DNA of 64,000 nt from Malacoraja senta (taxonomy: Eukaryota). Both the position numbers and the translations under genes were made by a program. Numbering within the stretch: position 1 is the first letter of the stretch; each line of letters begins with the position of its first letter. The stretch is from assembly GCA_038087875.1 (NCBI GenBank), contig JAXLNO010000674.1, positions 124,001-188,000 of the forward strand. The letters run 5' to 3'. Positions 50,693 through 61,159 of the stretch are shown here, in pieces. Under the pieces are notes generated by a model. The model was not told where the DNA came from. It saw only the letters and a list, made by a program, of their open reading frames with translations, and searched no databases.

Positions 50693-50966
50693 ATTATCAC
50701 TACATTCAAGGACAGTTTGGTTGTGAGGTGAACGATCACAGTCCCACTGTAGGGATATTGAAGTTGGCTTTTGATGGAAGATATGCATTTAGTTTTGATA
50801 AGGACAAATTAAAGTGGACGGTGCATGATCCAATAGCTGAGCCCTTCAAAGGGAAATGGGACAAGAATGAAAAAATGAACCGTTATTTCAAGAGCTTGTT
50901 AGAACATGACTGTGGATCTATGGCTTACATACTATGCAATTGGAAAGACATACCTGACCAGAAATG
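50693..50966 (+). CDS. Exon 3, MHC class I alpha2 domain (2-nt deletion)
   Basis: Acceptor tttttatttcAG and donor G|GTGCGT. It reads YHYIQGQFGCEV...AFDG...KWTVHDPIAEPFKGKWD...LLEHDC. Restoring 2 nt in TGTG gives VDLWLTYYAIGKTYLTRN, which aligns without gaps to CVEWLRRYLENGKETLQR, and a 276-nt exon, the canonical class I alpha2 length. Confidence 0.93.
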
Positions 50967-51279
50967 GTGCGTTCAGAACAAAGGATGTTGTTTTGTGATG
51001 GTAGGCAATGAGTAATATTTCACTCTGAGGCAATGAGTAATATTATCTCTGACCCAATCATGACAGAGGGAAAGGTCATTCGGCCCATTGATTCTATGCT
51101 AGTTTTCCATGCAATGTCGACAAACTGTTCCACAGCTCTCTCTCACAACTTGCACTCAGCTCCCTCGGATTCTCCTTGCATTCAGCTCCTCGACGGATAA
51201 TTTGCAATATCCAACTAACTCACTGGCTCGTCTTTGGTATATGGGACAAAACTGGAGCACATGGAGGAAGCCAACTGAG

Positions 51280-53210
51280 TCATAAGGTCATAAGTAATGG
51301 CTGCAGCATTAGAACATTCGGCCCATCAAGTCGACTTCGCCAGTCAATCATGGCTGATCTAATCTCTCCCTCCTAACCCCATTCTCCTGCCTTCTCCCCA
51401 TAACCCCTGACGTGCATACTAATCAAGAATTACAAAATATCCATTGACGGACTCCACAGCCTTCTGTGGCAAATAATTCCACAGAATCACCACCCTCTGA
51501 CAAAATAAATTCCTCCTCATCTCTTTCCTAAAGGAATGTCCTTTAATATTGAGACTATGACCTCTCGTCTTAGACTCTCCCACCATTGGAGACATCCTCT
51601 CCACATCCACATCTATCCAAGCCTTTCACTATTTGCTTAAAAAATATATATTTTTATTAGAAGCATGTGCATATCATAATACAAACATTTCTTATATATC
51701 AATCCTACTTTGCTAATAGGTGGGAGTCCAGGTATCAAAATAATTGTGGTCCCCCTTTATCAATTGTATATTAAATCTGCTTCTATTTAGTTGGTTTTTT
51801 TTTTATAGATAGAAAGTGAGAAATTAAAAAAAAGGCATGATAAAGAAGAATGGAATAATTTACCAATAATACAACTTTGGAGATAGGTCCGTAGGTTATA
51901 AAGCATAACTATTCATCTAATCCTGAGCTTGGATTTCAGTCAGATTCCCGTGCTGAACCAATTTACCCTTTCAAAATATCAATAAATGGAGACCATATTC
52001 TATTAAATAATTCATTTGTCAATTAAGACAAGACTAGTTCTTTCCAAATGTAAGGTCTCTGACATTTCCATAATCCACATTTTAATTGTGGGGGTTATAG
52101 GACCTTTCCAAAAATTTTATATTAATTTTTTCCCAATTATTATACTATAATCAAGAAAGTTTCTTTGGTTTATTGTAAGTCTTAGGCTTTGTTCTGATAT
52201 TCCTAATATTATTAGTTTTGAATCGGGATCCAATTGGTATTGACTACTTCAGAAATTATTCTGAAAATGTCCTTCCAGAATTTTTTGATTTTTATACAAT
52301 TTACAAAGGTATGAGTTAAGTTAGCCTCTAAATGCTGCCAATCTATGTAATACTTTAAATTGTATTAAGGCATGTCTGGCATTTAACGAGCATTAATGTA
52401 TATATTGTAGACTTTCGTCCCAAATATCTTTCGTTATGGGTTGGCCTAATTCATTTTCCCATGTGTGTCTATATAAATCCGTCGGCAGGACCTCACTATC
52501 TAAGAGGGTATTATAAATATGAGATATTAATTTTTCTGTATTAGAATGTTTATTCAAACATTCATCAAGGATTTCTGGTTCCCTAGTTCTGTAATCTTGT
52601 GTATTTGATTTAATGTAATCTTTAAGTTGTAAATATCTGAAAAAGTTATTTGAGTGGAGTCCGTAAATCTGTTGTAACTCCTGAAATGAAAGAAAAGTGC
52701 CTTTCCTATAAAGATGTCCCATCTTTTTAATTCCATAATTTTTCCATTGTGTAAAGCCTTTATCCAACATGGAAGGTTTGAATAAAGGGTTGTTTATAAT
52801 GGGGAGACAGAGTGATAAATTATCCAATTTTAAAGTCTTTTTTAATTGTTTCCAAATTCGTATACCACTATAATAGAATTTTCACAATAGGTTTTTTAAT
52901 GCAATTTTGTGGGAGCAAACATAATTGAACCAATATCAAAAGGCAAACAGTCTTTCACTATTTTGTATGATTCAATGAGGTCCCCCTTATTCTTCTAAAC
53001 TCCTGCGAGTACAGGCCCACTGCCATCAAATGGTCATCATATGTTAACCCATTCATTCCTGGGATAATTCTTGGACACCTCCTCTGGACCCTCTCCAGAG
53101 CCAGCACATCCTTCCTCAGATATGGTGCCCAAAATTGCTCACAATGCTCCAAATGTGGCTGGACTGGTGCCTTATAGAACCTCAGCATTACATCCCTGTT
53201 TGACAGGGAG
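51280..53210 (-). mobile_element. CR1 3' fragment split by an L1 insertion
   Basis: CR1 sequence at 51280-51634 resumes at 52964. Confidence 0.85.
51635..52951 (-). mobile_element. 5'-truncated L1 (same family as 27407-30038) with 12-bp TSD
   Basis: ORF 52393..52827 matches the C-terminus of the 28-kb L1. The TSD CTTTCACTATTT is at 51623-51634 and 52952-52963. Confidence 0.92.
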
Positions 53211-53519
53211 AAAGTGTAATTGATGTCTTTCATATCAGTTAACCATGGATTTTCTTGACCACAGTTGACAGCCCCTAATGGGATTGCATGTCTATCACAC
53301 ATCTCAAAAGAGCACAGCGTTAAGCTTCGAAAGGGCAAAATTTACACGAGATGTGCAGGTCAAGTGTTTTTTTGCACAGAGAGAGCTTGATACCTAGAAT
53401 GCGCTACCAGGAGTGGTGGTAGAGGATGACATGATAATGGTGCTTAAGAAAGTTTTGGACAGGCTTGTGAATGTGCAGGGAATACAAGGATATGGATCAC
53501 ATGCAGGCATTGGAGATTA

Positions 53520-53810
53520 GTTTTGGTTTAGTTTAGAGATAGAGTATGGAAACAGGAACTTTGGGCCACTGAGTCCACACTGACCAGCAATTGTCCATTC
53601 ACTATTTCTGTCCTACAAGCTAGGGACAATTTACAGAAGCCAATTAACCTGCATGTCTTTTGTATTTGGGAGGAAACCGGAGCCCCCAGAGAAAACCCAC
53701 AGGGTGACAGAGAGAACGTACAAACTCCGTCCAGACAGCACTCTAGTCAGGATCGAACCCGGGTCTCTAATGCTGTAAGACAGCCACTCTATCACTGTGC
53801 CTCTGTGTTG
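53520..53810 (-). mobile_element. V-SINE (HE1-like); further copies at about 30478-30620, 31280-31490, 55500-55790, 61420-61720, 61800-62090, 62270-62500 and 63008-63290
   Basis: Same head, V-domain and tail as the other copies. Confidence 0.85.
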
Positions 53811-56800
53811 CCTCAGTTTAACTTGGTATCCTGTTCCACATGGACATTGCAGGCTGAAAGTCCTGTTCTTGTACTGTTCTATGTTCTATATATTCTCATT
53901 GGACAGGGCAGGGATATGTTTTCCACTCCTCCAGCCTCCATGTTGAATACTTCCTCCCAGTTTAAATCTGATTCAATTAGTCAATCCATTTCTCGCTCCG
54001 CTCCTGCCCTGATCCCCATTCTATATTTTGAAGTAGTCATTCCCTTTTTCGCTCCCTGGTCTGTCTACTATCCCCACAACTTTCCTCTACTTTCCTGTCT
54101 TGGTGCAAGCAACATCTATCCATTTACCACTTTCCATAGACGCAGGCAGTTCTTCAATGTGAAACAGCGTGAAACACTTGCACTTCCAGTCAAATCTACT
54201 GCATTTAGTTTTCATTACGTAATCTTCCACATTGCATCAATGAAACAAATAGAATGGCTGCTTTCTGGAGAACTCGCATTCAATCCATGGGACTTTCTAA
54301 GATTCCTAATTCCTGCCACTTTAATTCTCCATTCAACACCCACCATGATCCATCCATCTGTACCTCTTACACTAGGGTAACAAGGGTGAAAGTAACCTTG
54401 AGGACCAACAACTCAGCTTTTGTCTGGACATGTTGCAGCCTTTCACACTCAATTCCACATTCAACAAGTTGCATTCCCTGTCGATAAAATAACTGGTCCT
54501 TTCAACTGTTAAGTTGAAGACAGAAAGAACAGATGCAAGAAGTATGAAGCAGGATCCCAAGCTGAAACATTACATAACCATGTCTTCCAGATGCTGCCTG
54601 AGCCACTGAGTTACACCTGCACGTTTTTTTTTTTTTTTTAAATTACAGTTAAGTTATCCACCTGCAAAATCATGACAGCCTGACCTACTTGAGTAGTGCA
54701 GTATGTGCTGCATTTTATATAACTCTGTTTAGTTTCATGCATGCAGAGATGCAGTGAAATGGTTTGGATGGAACAGCAGATGCTGGACACCCCGTCCATT
54801 CTCTCCAGAGATGCTGCCTGTCCCGCTGAGTTACTCCAGATTTTTGTGTCTATCTGCAGTGAAATGGTTGTTTTGCATTCTCTCCAGTCAAGTCATACTG
54901 TACATAAGTACAATTCGTCCTCTTCTGGAACAGCACGCAGAGATCCACCACATTCCAGGACTGTCTTGCAGCTTTCAAGTCTCTGAGAAGTCTGATTTTG
55001 CCCTAAGGAAATACCCAATTTCTAATTTTCCCATGTTAAGGCCCAGTGTCATAACAGCACTGGATTGATGAAGTAGAGGTGCCTGCCTCAGTTAAAGTTT
55101 TTCTGTTTCAAGATTGTGACCAAACCCTCGTCACTGGAACTGTGCCGCAGTGCCACCCATTACGTATCAGTCCCAATTATCTTTCAACATGCTGGAATCA
55201 CTTGTTTTTTATCCTTTTTAGACTTTTTTCATGAATTGTTCAGCATAAACAGTTATGCTACAACAAAGTTAAGCGCAGCTACCACTTAGTTCCAGAGACG
55301 TAACAACACAAGAGATAGTGTTGGAAGAATGATCAAACTCACACATAGTGGTTATTAGTAACTTTGCAGAGGAAACACAAGGTGCTTTCTTCTCAGCATG
55401 CTTACTACCAGTCTACCAGAGAGAGAGCTGTCTAACAAGCCTGTGGGCGGAGCCACAGTATGAGTGACACTAATCTACAGATAGGCACAGGAATAAGTTT
55501 CGGTTTATTATTGTCACGTTTAGTTTCGAGGTACAGCATGGAAATAGGCCTTTTGGCCCACTGAACCTGTGCTGACTAACGACCACCCAAATATTAGTTC
55601 TATCCTACACACTATGGACAATTTACAGAAGCCAAAAAACTTACAAACCTGCACGTCTTTGAATGTGACGGAACGGTAGCACCCGGAGATAACTCACATG
55701 GTCACAGAGAGAATATATGAACTCTATATAGACAGCACCCATTGTCAGGATTGAACTTTGGTCTGTGGTACTGTCAGGCAGCAACTTTCCAGGTACAGTT
55801 CCATGATATCAAATTGGATGAGATAACAACATACATATATATGATCAAGTCAACTCAAGTACTGAAGGTAGAGCAAAGGGGAAGGTACAGAGTGTGGCAT
55901 ATAGTTCTCAGCAATGTAGTACACCAGTTCCATTAGATAAGGGTTTTGACACAAAACGTGACACATTCCTTCTCTCCAGAGATGCTGCCTGACCCGTTGA
56001 GTTACTCTAGCATTTTGTGTCTATCTGCGGTTTAAACCAGCATCTACAGTTCCTTCCTGTATAGTTCCATAAACAAAGTCCACTGTCTGTAATGGGGTAG
56101 TGGTCAATTGGACAGTACCCTAGCTTATGGAACGATCATTCAGAAGCCTGATTTTCTCCTCAGTTATCAAGTTTCCGAGTAAGCCATTTGGTCCTCTAAC
56201 CTGCCCACCATTCAATATGACCATGGCTGACGTTCCTCAGGCATCAACTCCTGTTCGGTGCCAGTTCCTCATTGCACTCAATTCTCCAATCTTTCAAAAG
56301 TTTAACTACCGCCATATTAAATGCTTCCAATGATTTTGTCTTCACAAATCTCTGGCGCCAGAGAATGACCACACTCTGCAAAAAGAGATTTTGTAAACAA
56401 ATGACTGGTCTCTTTTATCTCTTATTGAAGAGGAGTGAAAATACTGCCAATTTTAAGCTTGTCCCCTCCCCAATTGGCCCTCATTTCGTAACTTGTATTA
56501 GTTTATTATTGTCACGTGAACCGAGATATAGTCAAAAGTTTTTCTGTGTGTTATCCAATCAGATCATACTTCACATGTGCAATCAAGCCATCCACAAGTA
56601 GATCAGTGCAAAGAGCAAAAATATTCAGAGTGCATAATATCGGGTTACAATATCATAGCATTACAGTTGCAGAGAAAGTGCAGATCAAAAAGAGTTGCAA
56701 GGATCACAATGAGATTGGTTGGAAGATCAGGGCAACATCTTATCTTACATGAGAATCATTCAGTAGTCCAATAACAGCGGGGAAGAAGCTGTTCCTGAAT

Positions 56801-57014
56801 GTAATGGTACGTACTTCCAAACTTTCTTGTGTACTGTCTTAACAGGGAGGGTACGATCCCTTTTAAACCACGTGTTTGGTTGATGGTGACGAAAGAGGCA
56901 ACATGGGGCAGATGTGGACAGTAACTTGGTGGTTGTAGTAGACTGAAGAATATTTTGTGATGGGTGACTGCACGTTTTACTGAAGGTGAAAATAACCATC
57001 TTACTGGCTTGTAG

Positions 57015-57281
57015 TTTCCCCTGAGGTCACTCTCGCTGCCCGCCCTGATGATCATTCAGTCCTGTACTGCACTGTGTTTGGATTTTACCCACCGGCCATC
57101 AATGTCAGCTGGTTGCAGAATGGTCAACATGTCTCTGTGACGAAATCTTCTGGGGTCGTACCCAACAACGGTGGAACATATCATCTAAGGTCTGTCCTTG
57201 AGTATGATCCATATGATTGGAAACAGTATTCCTGTCATGTCGATCACAGCAGCCTGCCCGGTGGGAAGACCATCATCTGGG
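57015..57281 (+). CDS. Exon 4, MHC class I alpha3 (Ig C1-set) domain, intact
   Basis: 267 nt, open. It reads VSPEVTL...LYCTVFGFYPPAINVSWLQNG...VPNNGGTYHLRSVL...YSCHVDHSSLPGGKTIIW, with the C-W-C Ig motifs and donor G|GTAAGA. Confidence 0.95.
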
Positions 57282-57356
57282 GTAAGAACATTAAATATTC
57301 TTTCATAGATAATCATTATCTTCTGTTGTTTCCATTTTAATCATTGTGACTACATC

Positions 57357-58395
57357 TAGGTATGTTACAAAACTTACCTTCAGCGGCGCTGCAGTTCTGT
57401 CACTGCCCGTGTGCGTGACTTTGGCGCCTTTGAGAGGGGGGCGGGTTTAAAATGCGATATTTCGGCAGCCTGTTCTAAACGATCTTGAACAGGCTAAATA
57501 GTTGATGAAGAAAAATGGCTTAGACTGCCGTTTTATTAAGTTTATTAATATTAGGGCTTTATAATTTAATTGGTGGAGTAAAATTAAAATCATCTTCAAG
57601 TGCCGTAAACGCAGACAACGGGGACGGATTTCACGCACGGGACAAGGCAAGGTACACCATTTATTTTTTCATATAAACTTGCTTCTTAGGATGCCTTTAA
57701 TAAAAATTTCAAGTTGCGAAAATGTGATTATTTAAATATACCAACCGGCAGTATTTTTCCTGCCGATATTGGGGTTTAATTCAGTGCAACCGCAGCGTTC
57801 CAAACCAGCGTGTTCCACAAAAACCCACTTGCAAGATGATTTAAATGGCCATTAATTTTACAGGAATTAAACACTAAATTCCTTCCATTTGGCCTATAAA
57901 TTAATGACAATGAGATTTAAAAATAATGTTATATTGTGAATTGTTGTGTGAATGTTATTTGGACACTTAGGCTTTTTAAAAATGTTAACTTTTTCTTAAG
58001 AAATGGATAGATATTTAGATCTAGTAATTGAATTTTGTAATTAGCTACAATTGGGTAACTAACTAATTATATGCTTTAATTTCAGGTCATCCAAGTAAGA
58101 TTGTTTCATATTTGTTTCAGAATGCTTCAATCTATAATAACTGAAAATGTCATTAAGTTCTCTTAATTTTTAAGAAAGTTATGGGCTTTTGACTGTCCTT
58201 GATCACAGCTTTTGTGTTAAGTCAATGGAAAAGCAATAGGGAACAATATGCTAATTTCCGAGTATGAAAATGGCCAAATTTTTTAATACAGAATATATGA
58301 AAGTGGATTAGGTGTCAAATTAAACTTCTTTTTATGCTTTATCTGATGGGATAAATTGCAGACTTGATTTTTAAAATCTCAAAATTTTGACATTG
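57357..58395. mobile_element. Putative non-autonomous DNA transposon just downstream of the alpha3 exon
   Basis: Flanked by a direct repeat, CTACATC, at 57350-57356 and 58396-58402. Ends are weakly inverted (taggtatgttacaaaa / ttttgacattgcta). There is a CpG-rich left end and an AT-rich body with no ORF. Confidence 0.4.
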
Positions 58396-58689
58396 CTACA
58401 TCCCATGTAGTACATCCCACATTCCAAGATGGTTAAACTTTCTTTGTTTAGTGGTGTTGCTCTAAGTAATCACGTAATCAGCACCCACTCTCCACATGAG
58501 CAGAAGACTTTGTCAACAGAAAATATATTAAAAGTAAGTAAATAAATAACTAATATACAAGGAAGGAGTATTTGGGATGCTCAGTGGTGGAACTGATATC
58601 CATGAAAGGTATGTTTAAATATAAAATTAATCTTTCCTCATGATGTGATTAACAGCAAGGCACTGGGGGAGTACATGCCCCAATCTGAA

Positions 58690-59390
58690 TCAATAGTCTG
58701 AAGTGGAAATGATTGAGAGCTTCGTGTTCCTTGGCATGAATATATCCAATATTCGGTCATGGACTGGCCACATAGCCAAGGGGGCACACCAACACCTCTA
58801 CTTCCTCCGGAGACTGAGGATATTCGTCATGTCTCTGGTGACTCCAGCAAACATCTATAGATGCTGCTAGAGAAAGCATGTTGTTGGGTTGCATCACATC
58901 TTGATTTGGGAACTGCACTGCCCAAGACTGCAAGAATATACAAAGAGTTAAAGATCATCACACAGCCCAGACTTCCCACTGTTGACCCAATCTACACCAG
59001 GTTGCCTTGGAAAACAAGACTTATCACACCTTTCTCACATTCCTCCTTCCTGCTCCCATCAGGCAATAGGTACTGAAGGTTGAAAATAAGCACTGCCAGA
59101 CTCAGGAACACCCCCTTTCCACCTGTTAACAGGCTTCGGAAGCGTCCTTCCATAATGTAGGTTTAATGCCCGATTCACCTCAACCTCATTGAACATTGAA
59201 CATTGTCCATGGAACTGATGTGCTACAATGCTGAGAACTATATTCTGTACTCTGTATCCTCCTCTTTGCTCTATCTATTGTTTTTGAGTTTTTTATTTAT
59301 CTATAGTATTATCTAATTTGTTTGGATAGCATACAAAACAAACCTTTGCACTGTATCTTGAAACTTCTGACATTAATAAAACTAAACCTA
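58690..59390 (+). mobile_element. Degenerate Rex1/Babar LINE 3' fragment
   Basis: Homologous to 21.2-21.9 kb (ttcgtgttccttggc, caacacctctacttcctccggagactgagg, ctcccatcaggcaataggtac). Confidence 0.7.
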
Positions 59391-61051
59391 ATGAAGTAAG
59401 TTCCCTGACGCAAGTTACAGATTCAGCAACGAAAAATATAACTGCCTGACAAACAGCGATCGTAGTAGTTTGATTCCAGGTATGCTGCACTAACCTACAC
59501 AAATGTTCACTTTTGAAGATTCCCTCGAACAATGCACAAATAAGGAATCTGATGTTTCACTCTGAAGACTGTTGACATACTCCAGAACTTAATTTTCAAC
59601 CTATCTATGTATCATCAGCAATCTAGGCTACAGCGCCACCAGTCCCTTCATCTGCTCTTAATACTAACGATAAGTAGTTCACTTTCTTGCATTGATTCCC
59701 ATCCTGCAGTTGCAGTTTCCCAACCTAAACACTCCTTTAAGACTCTGCTTGCTCTTAATTGTTTTTCCATTCATGCTAATTATTACCCCCAATGTCATAA
59801 GCCATGTGCCTTTGCATCACTTGATCAGATATCTTATGAAAATCCAGATATTCTGGCGACATCTGGTGGTCAGGCCACTTATTGCTAGAACCCTCGTCAG
59901 GGGAGCTGGGACTATCACGTGACAGGGTTTTGGTGGGAGTTGGTGACGAGTGTTAATATCCAGTCAACTGGTGTGCCCGATTACAACGGCAAGAACTTTG
60001 CTCAAGTCCTTACTAAACGCGAGTGTACCAAAACTGTATTTCTTTAAAAAAAACATTGATTTGTTCACGACGCTTGGATCTCTACAATATATTGTATTTC
60101 TTTTGTTTCTCATTCCAATTTTGTTACCTATTCTGCTTTTCCATCATTTTGTTTTTGAATTTTAGGCTGTGCACACCTGCAAACTACTGCTGCTCAAATA
60201 TACATTGTCTACGGGTTCCTGTTGCATTTTCAAAGAATTCTAATCAATTTCTCAAACAAGGTTTGAAGAAGGGTCCGTAAACGAAATGTCACCTGTCCAT
60301 GTGTAGGGAGAAATTGCAAATACTGGTTTACACCGAAGATGGACACAAAATGCTGGAATAACTCAGCTGGTCAGCCAGCATCTCTGGAGAAAAGGAATAG
60401 GTGATGAATCCATGTTCGCCAGAGATGCTGCCTGTTTCGCTGAGTTATTGCAGCATTTTGTGCCTATCATGTATATTCTTTCCACTGACTGGTTAGCACG
60501 TAACAAAAGCTTTTCTCTGTACCTCAGTACATGTGACAATAAACTAAACTAAAGCTTTTGTGTAAATCAGTATCTGCATCTCTTTCTTTCTACAATTGTC
60601 CTGTTAATGCCCTGATAATGCACTTTATTGTTTTGTTATTACTTAAATGTTCTGCCATTATTGAAAGGAATCCAGCATTTTCCCCAAAACAAATGTTAGT
60701 TTATATAGGGTTAAAGCTTTCTGCTTTCAATTCACCTTCTTTCATGAATTAAGTTGTGGCTGCGATGGTGCCATAGATCATAGAGTTGTACAGAACATAT
60801 ATTGTCCCTTTGCCATGCTGCAGAACTCCGTGATTCAAAACACCATATCATCTTATATACCTTGAAAAGCGCCAAAGATAGACACAAAATGCTGGAGTAA
60901 CTCAGCGGTCAGGTAACATCTCTGGAGAAAAGGAATAGGTGGCATTTCGGGTCGAGACCCTTCTTTACTCTGAAGTCTTCAGACAGTGCCCATCTATTTA
61001 GCTGCACAGCTTAACAATTGATTTGTAAAATTATGCATTCTTATTTTACAG

Positions 61052-61159
61052 AAGGAAATAAGAAGAAAGACAGGCACATAGGCCTTATTGCCGTGTGTGT
61101 GCTGATATTGCTGGCTATTGTCTTGGCAGTAATTGTTTGGTGGAGAAAAAAGAGGAGAG
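61052..61159 (+). CDS. Exon 5, connecting peptide, transmembrane helix and stop-transfer, intact
   Basis: Acceptor ttattttacAG, 108 nt open, reading EGNKKKDRHIGLIAVCVLILLAIVLAVIVWWRKKRR, with donor G|GTAAGA. Not in the ORF track. Confidence 0.9.

Larger units (their letters stand above)
2681..61159 (+). pseudogene. MHC class I-like heavy chain gene (leader-alpha1-alpha2-alpha3-TM), frameshifted in alpha1 and alpha2 as assembled; cytoplasmic exon(s) not securely located
   Basis: Five exons found by manual translation, each with canonical splice sites in phase 1. Class I hallmarks are present: N86 glycosylation site at the end of alpha1, the C101-C164 pair in alpha2 and a C1-set Ig alpha3. A 1-nt deletion near 30208-30210 and a 2-nt deletion near 50911-50914 break the frame. 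The link of the leader exon across a 27-kb intron is inferred from phase and position. Lineage not assignable without a phylogeny. Confidence 0.9.

Noticed and set aside
30208-50914. The -1 and -2 deletions sum to -3 and might be compensating frameshifts that give a full-length protein
   Set aside because: The shifted frame hits TAA at 30316-30318 and TGA 13 codons into exon 3.
50617-51015. 132-aa ORF as a stand-alone gene
   Set aside because: It is the alpha2 exon read through flanking intron sequence, and its tail is the frameshifted reading.
51003-51044. 17-bp direct repeat aggcaatgagtaatatt just after the alpha2 exon
   Set aside because: Only about 8 bp lie between the copies, consistent with a simple local duplication with no evident function.
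59856-59872. CTCF-like motif (reverse complement TGACCACCAGATGTCGC)
   Set aside because: It is a single imperfect match, expected by chance in 64 kb, and cannot be supported without ChIP or conservation data.
2681-61159. MHC class II or W-category chain
   Set aside because: Three extracellular domain exons lie in one gene with class I features (N86 site, C101-C164, 276-nt alpha2 after repair).
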